Source of the DNA: the human T2T-CHM13v2.0 reference genome, Homo sapiens
Reading direction: 5' to 3' (one strand)
Assembly: GCF_009914755.1 (NCBI RefSeq)
Contig: NC_060932.1
DNA length: 64,000 bases
This document shows positions 54,805-64,000 of this stretch, piece after piece; position 1 is the stretch's first letter; each line of letters opens with the position of its first letter. A model generated the notes under the pieces. That model was given only the letters and a program-made list of their open reading frames with translations, searched no databases and was not told the DNA's origin. A program made the position numbers and the translations under genes.

Positions 54805-55825
54805 CTGCAACAGCAGGGAAAAAAGAAAAAAGAAACAAAATATATGTGATTAGAAAATCGATGATATTAATTTTAAAATATACATAAAATGTATTATTGT
54901 ATTTTGTCACTATAATCACTGTCATTTAAGCATTTGTTAAACTATAATTTTATAAAACAATAAAGAAAGCAAAAGCATTTTATGAACTAATGAGAAAATA
55001 AATTTGCTGTTCATATTCAATGACTTGTATTAGTCTTGCCTATTAACACATTAATATTTATCACTTTTGTTTTTAGTTTCCATCAAATTGGAAAATCTCT
55101 GGAAACACATTCTCAGGGTATCAGTGTCCAGAGTTTCCATTAATCACTGGCAACAAAGAAGTCAACCACCAGTTATGATAGTTTTATTTGGATCCTTATT
55201 ATTTTTGAAGGTGTAATAAAAAATACGACTTTATGAAAAAAGTTCAAAGTTCTAACACTTCTTATCTGGTATATGATAAAGCAATTTGATCTGCCAGCAT
55301 TAAAATACAGCAGTGGTGCAAATTACTAGGTATGCCTTTAAATTATTACATAATGGTGTAAACCAAAACAATGGCTTTACCCTCAAGCAACTTCCATGAA
55401 TATGATTTATTTAGCTTTTGTGCACATTTTCAGCAGTTTCTTCAAAGCAGAAAGTCAAAGATGTATTAATTTTTTCAGTGAATGTGACCACATTGGATAT
55501 CTAAATCCCCAAGTTAGATTTTTATTATTCAGTCAGATAGTACTGAAATATCTGAGTGATATTGTTTAATAAATTCAATCTTAAAGTGAACTGGAGGATA
55601 AATTCTATTATTTTACTTTTTATCAATTTACCTGCTTTTTTTTTAGAAAAAATAGTGCCTAAGTAGAGATTCCAGAGAGAAAAAAAATCTAAACCATCCA
55701 ATGCTTGTTGTCCTCCACTGTGAACTGAAAACACAGGTAGATCTTTCTTGAAAGAATAAAGATGACTACTTCTACCTCTAGATATTCTAATGCAATAAAT
55801 CTATGGTAGGACTCTGGCATCAGTT

Positions 55826-55998
55826 TTTTGGGAGTTTTTGGTTTTTATTTTAAAGAGACAGGGTCTTGCTTTGCCATCCATGCTGGTGTGCAGCAGCACA
55901 ATCATAGTTCACTGTAGCTTTGGAATCCTGGACTCAAGCCATCCTCTTGCCTTGGCCATCCAAGGTGCCAAAGTGTTGCGGTTGTAGGTGTGAGCCAT
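55826..55998 (-). mobile_element. FLAM/AluJ monomer inside a MER5A-like MITE
   Basis: agagacagggtcttgct...ctcaagccatcctc...ggtgtgagcca, followed by ttgagaaccactg at about 56048. Confidence 0.75.
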
Positions 55999-58668
55999 TT
56001 TAAAAATAATAATGACTCTCAAGGTAATTCTAATATAAAGTCAAAATTGAGAACCACTGGACTGCTGAATATAGTAATTTAATTCAAATTGATTCATCAG
56101 ATAAGAAGATAGCTATCAGACGACTGCCCAACAGTTATAGTTGTGGTAAAGTTGTCGTTTTCTAAATTAAACATCGGATTTTGCATGTTTTTACAGCATT
56201 CTAAAAAAATAATTTTCTTAGTATTACCAACCATATCCTTCTTGCCAACTGTATTACAGCTCACTAATTCAAATCATAGGATATTTATGTTTTTCTTATT
56301 CTCTAACTTGCTATACAATCTCTCTTTACCTTTCTAGGTTTTTTGGCCACTCTTACTTTTGCCGATTCTACTACAGCGGACAAATTGAAAGGCATTGGCT
56401 CACAACTCTCTATATTTGAATTTCCCTCATGCCTTGACAGAATGACCTATATGCTAATGACTTCTAATTCTTTTGAAGTTCCTTTCTCAATCTTTCAATG
56501 GCCTATTTGATTATCTACCAAACTTTCCATTGTCATCTAATCTATCTACTTAAATTCAACCTAATCACTTTGATGCTTTTATGATTCCATTTTCATCCAC
56601 CTACAATACATCTTGAATACCAGAGGAGGACTAAACTTTCTAAAACACAGTTCTTATTACTGCTCAAATCTCCAATTATTCTAGATTTTCTACTGTATCA
56701 ATTTTATTTCTCACTAGTCACCAACATGCATCCATCACCCAAGTCCCGTTGTCTGTTCGCTGTTCTGCAATTTGCTGAACATACTGACTCCACACATTTG
56801 TGTTTTCTCCATGTCTCCATGTTTTCCTTTCCTTCCCCTTTAGCTATCAAAATCCTATCTAATATTCAAGACTTAGCTCAAGTCCCACTTCTTCCAAAAG
56901 ATAATCACTCATTTTTTCCATGTTATTCTAATTTATCTTTTTAAATAGCTTGGAGTATTTCATTTGGACAATTTTTTATTTAATTTAAAATTATCTTAAT
57001 ACAGTATAAATTAATAGTTTCACATACCTTTAGTTATCTATAGAAAAAGATTATATACTTGATAAAAATAGAGAAAAAACATTATTTTAATATACCTATT
57101 TAATATATTTTCAACAAATATGTCCTAGTTGTTTGATTGACAATACCACCTTATATTTGTTATCAAAGAACTGAACATTTTCTGTGAAAAAATATCCTCT
57201 TTCCAATCTTTACAAGGCTTTTGGAAATATTGTAGTATATGTTTATTAAAATGTGACTTTTTAAAATGTGGCATGAAAATGAGGAAAAGAGGTGGCATGA
57301 CTTAAGCCTAACTACTTTTTTGTATTATGACATATAACACAGATTATAGGGTAATGGACAAGCAGTTTGTGAATACATTATTAGAAAATAGAAATAAGAA
57401 AAATCCCATTTTTTACATTTCACTGTCATTTTGTGTTAAACTAAAATTTTGTTAAATATTTTATATAAATTTAAATGATAGTTAACACTTACATAATACT
57501 ATAGGTCCAGAACTATTCTACATACTTTATGTGTATTACCCCATTTAGTTCTCACAACCATCTTAGGAGTAGCTACTATTATTTTACACCTCCTACAGGT
57601 GAGAAAACTGAGTCATGGAGAGGTTAAGAAATGTGTCCAAAGTCATACTGCTAGTTAATGGGAATCTATATTTAAACTCAGGCAGTCTGATTTGAGAAAT
57701 TCTACTATTAACCCGGAGCTCTATAGCTGTTCAGAAAGCTCGGCAAGGCAGAAACTATGTCATTAACTACAATTCAAAACACTTTTCCAAGCATTTTACC
57801 TTAAAATGCAGAGCATGTGTATAATTTCACCACTTTCACCTAATTAATCCCAGTTCTTATTATTTTGATTGTCAAGTTATTTCTGTCTGCTTGAAAGTGT
57901 CATTTAAACCACCATTTCTGGACATCTGCAAGAGGAAAAACTTTCCAATTTAAAATGTAAGGATAATGAGAGAGCTTCTGTGTGGTACGTGTATTTAATG
58001 TTAACTGTAAATATTTAAAATTTTTTAAATTAAGAAAAAAAGTGCAATCTATCTTTCATTTCTTTTGATATTTATGTATTTCAGAATTGCCCATAGCTAA
58101 GTGATGCCAAGACAATTAAATGAAGTTAGTATTCATTCAGTCATCTGCTTTCATTTCACAGTGCCATTGATGCAATTGGACAGATTTATCACTTTTACTT
58201 CTTTTAATTTGCATAGCAACTTGCAGCATTTTAAGAATATGAGTGCTCTCTAAAAGTTTAATTACATGAATAGTGTAAGTATGATTTCTTATGGCTTCTG
58301 ATTTTATATAGCACATAATATACCCTAAAGATAAAAATAAGTGGACTCTGACTAAAATTCACCTCCACATTACCTCTTCCAGCTGCTTACATTGTCACTT
58401 TTCTCAGATTTTTAAAAATTAATTTAAATTTTTATTTCAACTTATAATATCAAGTGCTTTGGATCTTTTTCTGAACTCAAACAACACTGATATCAACATT
58501 GTATTGTTGTTTTTTATACTAAAACCCTTCACATTCTACAAAGAGTTATCTCTTAACTAATTTAGCTTCCCTATAAAATATTGAATCCTTAAGGGTTGAA
58601 AATATATTTTATTCACTCTTTTACCTTCTTAGTCTAGCATAGTGCTGCCATGGAGGAACTGTGGAATA

Positions 58669-58923
58669 AGTGGATAATATGAATGAATAAAAGTATGGAT
58701 TTGAAGAATAAGAAAGAAAACACAATCATTTATGGCAGGCTCACAGTTTCCTCATAATTCCACAATAATATTCTAGAGGAGCCTACTAAAGAATTGAGTG
58801 GATAATATGAATGAATAAAAGTATGGATTTGAAGAAAAAGAAAGAAAACACAATCATTTATGGCAGGCTCACAGTTTCCTCATAATTCCACAAAAATATT
58901 CTAGAGGAGCCTACTAAAGAATT
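58669..58923. repeat. Recent tandem duplication, period 128 bp, 2 copies
   Basis: 58669-58795 versus 58797-58923 differ at two positions by my reading. Confidence 0.97.
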
Positions 58924-61610
58924 TGGAAAGACTACTAGTTCATTAATTTTAACATTTTAAAAATATAAAACCTGTTTACTTAATTTTTTTTAAATCTATA
59001 GTTTCTTTTCTTGGTGAAATCAATTTTTGAAAAAGAACACGGGGTAGATAGGGGCAATTCAGAGTTCAGGTATAAAAGCTGAAAAAAAAAAAATCTGAAT
59101 GAGCCTTTTAACAGCCAAACTCTGCCCATGAACACTACTGGAGCTTCTTTAATCTCTTGTTAATTCATTTCTTACTTAAAATCTAAAGGTGCCATTATGA
59201 GACCTTTAAATACACACATACTTTGGCAGTTTGGGAATTTGATGTCCTCCATGCTTATACTGACTTTGGGCCGTGCCCATCATAGAATTGATCTTTTTTT
59301 CAAAGAACATGAGCTTTATTATTTTTTCTTATTTGAAAGACGAATGTCAGATAAAAACTTTCTTTTTAATTATTTTGTCCTAGGTTGAATAAATAATATT
59401 AAAGAGATCAATATCTGAATGTGTATTTGAAATAGATATATAATAATGATACAAATTAAAACAATATAACTCTACTGCAAACAACCATGAAAGAATATGT
59501 TTTTGAAATGAGTTATTAAATACTTTAGAAACAAATTATAGTAAAATGAAATTTAAAATAATGTTGGCTTGCTATTTTATGACAGGAAATTTGCAAAAAA
59601 TATTTTGACTGAAGTGAGAATTACTTATCTTCAAAAAAATGAAAAACCAAGAGTATTTAAAAAGATTTTTATAGAAAATACAATGAATAAATGCAAAATT
59701 TATTTTAAAATTATGGAGCAAATTAACATTTTTGCCTCATATTAGCTTTTTGCCTATTTTAAAGCAAATATTTCTTAAACAAGATATTTTTATTAGAATT
59801 TTTTTTCCTAGATATACACCCATGTCTAAATTCCCTTTTTGTTCACCTTCACAACCCATGTACAAGAAAAGTGGAAATAATATATATTTCCACTAAGGCA
59901 ATATACCAACAGGGATATAGAGTTACATACATCTTACAATGCCTTGATAAATCCTAGATCTCTTAGTACAAATAGCCTGAATTTCCCTGAACATTTGGAA
60001 GTTTGAACCATGCAACATGTCAAATAACATACGTGTAGACAAATTGAGAAGAGGGTAAGCCATTCTAATACGCTGTAATTCTACTTAGAATTCAGAAATA
60101 AATATATTGGCTACACAAAATATTAGAAAAAAATGTAGTAAACATAACATTTAATTTTGCTAACATTTAAGTTTTATTTCATGATGACCTGAAGAAATTT
60201 GATATGTAAGAGTCATCTCACCTGGTGATTTTTTAAATTTGTCTTTTTTTATCATAGAAAATACATCTTTCTCTCAAAAATGTGTTGAATAATTTCTATA
60301 AAAGTCATATTGTAGCATTGCTTATTTTCCTTAAAAACTAACAGTATCAATCTTGAAAATGATTTTAGCCCCCAAAATACATGAAGAAATATTAATTATA
60401 CAACCAAACCCTTTGAAATTAGCTGTTTAGTGCTTTTGAAACAGGTAACCCTACCAGATCAATGGTTTCCTAGTGATATCTCTTCTGGTTTTGGATTAAT
60501 ATTCTCAAGTCTAACTAATAAAATGTAAAAATCACATTTGAAAATTATGACACCATTAATATTTGATATAAGACTCCAAGTTTGTTTCTCGATAATTGAT
60601 ATAACTGCTCAATTTTTGTCAATTACTGTTTATATGTACAAGTCAATAAACATATAGATAAAGTCCTTTTTGATATAGCTATAATAAATGATTTTTGTTA
60701 AAGAAATAATTATAAACTTATTTCATGAGGTCATTTGGAACTGAAGAAAAATAAAGTTAAAAAATATACTCTTGTTGAAGAATAAAAGTAACAACATGTA
60801 TGAAATTTGAAATAACTACTTATATATTAGCAATGTTATTTTGGAAGTCAAGTATTGTGTCATAAATGGCTTGCTTCAAAGTTTCTAATATGCAACAGTA
60901 TTGTTGACAATTTCCTAATTTTGACTACAAAAATACATAGCTCTACTAAAAAAATTTCGTGTTTGGTTATGGTAATTTAAATGAATGCTCTAATTCAGTG
61001 ATTCTTAATCTGAGATTTTGGGATGAACTTCAGAGCCCTGATTTTGTAAGTGAAATTGTGTACTTCAGGCCATTTTTAAAGATTTTCAAGAAGTGAATAG
61101 CAATAATTAATCAATCATTTTATAAAATATTTGATTTCATAGGTTTATCTAAATTACCTCAAATTAAGACTTGTTTTTTCTGAAATGAAAATTGCTATCT
61201 TAAAAGTAATATTTCTTAGAAAAGCACTTATGTTGAAATTAAGATATAGTCAATCAAGAATTCCTACAAGAAACCACCAATTTTAGAAATGTTACTCATT
61301 TTCGCCTCACCTTCTAGAACTAAACTTGAGTGTCCTCAAGACTTAAGATCAAAAGAATATTTTTACATCTTGAAATATAAAATAAACTTTATCAAAAATA
61401 ATCTGAGGCTGGGAGTTTGCCACGTTAATCCATTAAATCAATATACATTAAAATATAAAATATTGAATAATCATCATGCATGTTACACAGATATTAATGC
61501 AGTTAATTTGGTAAATACACAAATATTTTGGTAAAACACATACAAACAACACAGACACCACAAACTTCACTCTTGCACTAGAGAAAGTAACAAAAAAGAA
61601 GTACACTCAC

Positions 61611-61688
61611 AGATAGAAAACTTGTTGCTGTTGTCTTTCCCTGGAAACAATTTAAATCCTCTAGATTTAAAATCTATGGCCTTTTTCA
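61611..61688 (-). CDS. CSMD3: CSMD3 coding exon (probably exon 8), 78 nt, phase 1-1: (V)[25 protein letters not shown](L)
   Basis: Minus strand reads ttttgtttgttttcttaactag|TGAAAAAGGCC...TTTTCTATCT|gtgagt. The frame is open and the final T joins TA of the next exon to give Leu. Not in the supplied ORF track. Confidence 0.95.
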
Positions 61689-62309
61689 CTAGTTAAGAAA
61701 ACAAACAAAAACATGTATCAGGAAATACAATTTTAAAATGAAATTCAAGTTAACAAATTTTGTTAGCATGGACTTATGCAAGATAAAGAAACCACTTTCT
61801 TAAGCCTGATATAGTACCCAGAAGAATTTTTTTTAAAGCAATATAATCACTTAGTAGTAAAATACTAAGCAGTGTAGAATGATTTTAAATATTCTACAGG
61901 GAAAATCCTGCATATACATAGTTTTTTAAGCTGTGCTTTTTTAAACTGTCCAGATTTTTATATAAAAGTGAAATCTTAGCAGTTTATGATAAACCACTTG
62001 AAATCATCAACTTTTACGGAATAAATTAAACTAGCAAAGTAAAAATGCTGGAGTATTAGAATAGTGGGAAGGATTTAATAGGTTTGTTCTTTAAAATAAA
62101 TTTCCTAAAAATTTAGTCTATTTGAAATGTTAGAACACATTTAAGAAAATGACTTAATTAGAAAAGTTTAAAATTTATTTTAATAGCTCTGTCAATCATT
62201 TCCATTCATTATCATTGCTTTTGACACTACAATTGCTGTTAGTCCATATTGCACAAAATGTATGAAAGTGAACTACAGCTATTTTGAGCCCATCTAAAAT
62301 ATCTTACTA

Positions 62310-62612
62310 CAATTTTTAGATATAGTAGTTGTACATATTTATGGCGTACATAGGATATTTTGATATAAGCATACAATGTGTAATGATCAAATCTGAGTAA
62401 TTGGCACATTCATCACTGCAAATATCTATTATGTCTTTGTGTTGAAAATATTCCAAATCTTCTAGCTATTTTGAAATATAAGATACTGTTAAATATAGTT
62501 GCCCTATTGTGCTATCAAATGCTAGAACTTATGTCTTCTTATCCTTCTATCTTACTGTATGTAATTTTGTCCCCATTGACCAATCACTCCTCATCACCCT
62601 TCCCTACTTCAA
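62310..62612 (-). mobile_element. L1MA-type 3' end
   Basis: tagttgtacatatttatgg.gtaca...catacaatgtgtaatgatcaaatc...ttctagctattttgaaatata. Confidence 0.8.
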
Positions 62613-64000
62613 TTATTTTCTTTTACAAAACATGGTATATACAGGAAATAACTTGCTCAGTTACAGTGTGGAAATCTTTACATATTACTTTTTATCAGGT
62701 TTATAGTGAAGGATGACAGCCTTAAATGTTATGCAATTAGGTTTTCTTCATGCTATAAATTTAAAAAAAAGCAAAAATGATTTTTTGTTAGATGGCTTAA
62801 AATTACCACTTCACTATTTCTGAACGTCATTCTAAGCAATTAGTTCAAATTATGGATATTTATTGGTTTATGAAACATTTTAAGGTAATTTTTTTCTTGT
62901 TAATAACTTCAAAAGTAGGATAGTAGAGAAAGGGCCTGATGGTTTATGTGAATATAAGATATGAACTATCTATACACACAGCATATATTTTAAAAAAAGA
63001 GGAATATTATCGTTGGAGCAGGATTTATAAGGCTGATTCTTAGTTATTATTAGTTGTGGGATTTTGGACAAGAATCTGCCTTTTTACCTGCTTTTTTCTC
63101 TTAAATAAGCAGCTAAGACTAGATGGCTTCTCTCTTTATAGTTTAAGATTCTTTAACTGTGAATCCTTATTCATGGTGAAAAAATGACTACATCCCTCCC
63201 AAGTGACGCTTTTTGTTGTGATTCTCTTCTACCCTCATCCCCACCCCGATGGTAACCTAAAGTTTAATTCTTCTGAAGTGTTCAACTGCTCTAAGTTTAG
63301 TTTTGTCACATGTGAATTTTCTGCTGTCTCAAAATACTTTTTAACAAAATCTGCATTTTGTATTTTCTGGCATAATTCTAGATTTTTCCATTGGAAACAT
63401 GAATTATAAGTAGGAATCTACCTCTACTTTTCTCTGCATTATAAGATTTGACTTTATAAGTATTAAAAATAGGTCTGAAGATTTCATGGTGATTTTAACA
63501 CGTCTGGATTTCAAAAAGAATAAAGAAAACTAAAGGAAAAGATTATCAGACCAAAGGAGAAAATGCAAAAGAATAAAATCCTACGGATCAAAGAGTTCAA
63601 TGTTGTAAATAATAAGTTACTAATATTGGGGGGCAGTGGCAGTGTGTGTAAAAGGGGACAGATTAGCATGCCTACTTACAAGTATCTTGATTTAATTATT
63701 TGGTTGGGTAAGGTTTTCCTGCTTCTAAAAGCACCTTAGTTTTCTCTTTTATAAGCATCTATATGTCAATTTATCTTTAATAATGATACATCTATACTTT
63801 TTAAATAAAAACTATAATAATTGTAATACAGATGCAGAAGATGAAAGGTCAGGAGAATATCCATTTTTGGACATGACAAAGTGTGAATTAACAACATAAA
63901 ATTTAAATTCACAAAAAATTTAAAATATGTTAAACAGAAGACAAATATTTTAGCTGTTTATATTTTTAACGGAAAGAATAATGTATATCTCCTAATAAAT

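Noticed and set aside
58669-58923. Direct repeats here and at 43616 and 22916 as a CRISPR-like array
   Set aside because: Only two adjacent copies each, no spacers, eukaryotic intron, no cas genes.

Overview
AT-rich, CpG-depleted primate (probably human) DNA lying entirely inside the giant CSMD3 gene (CUB and Sushi multiple domains 3, human 8q23) on the minus strand. Three coding exons are present: 61611-61688 (78 nt, missed by the ORF track), 54717-54804 (88 nt) and 28550-28674 (125 nt). They splice in frame to [97 protein letters not shown], the linker plus second Sushi/CCP domain (probably exons 8-10, numbering from memory). The rest is intronic: a decayed two-LTR class III (LTR40/HERVL40-like) provirus retaining protease and env remnants, L1, Alu, MaLR, L2, MIR and hAT fossils, and microsatellites. 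The most notable observations are: (1) a candidate unannotated 78-nt poison exon at 25892-25969 flanked by UGCAUG motifs; (2) locally templated copies and fold-back hairpins embedded in (TA)n tracts, resembling fossil break-repair scars; (3) three 5'-inverted retroinsertions, including an AluY; (4) a gamma-type env in an ERVL-class provirus. There is no evidence of prokaryote-type systems (CRISPR, operons) or RNA genes. Repeat subfamily names come from remembered consensus sequences, and old repeat boundaries are approximate.
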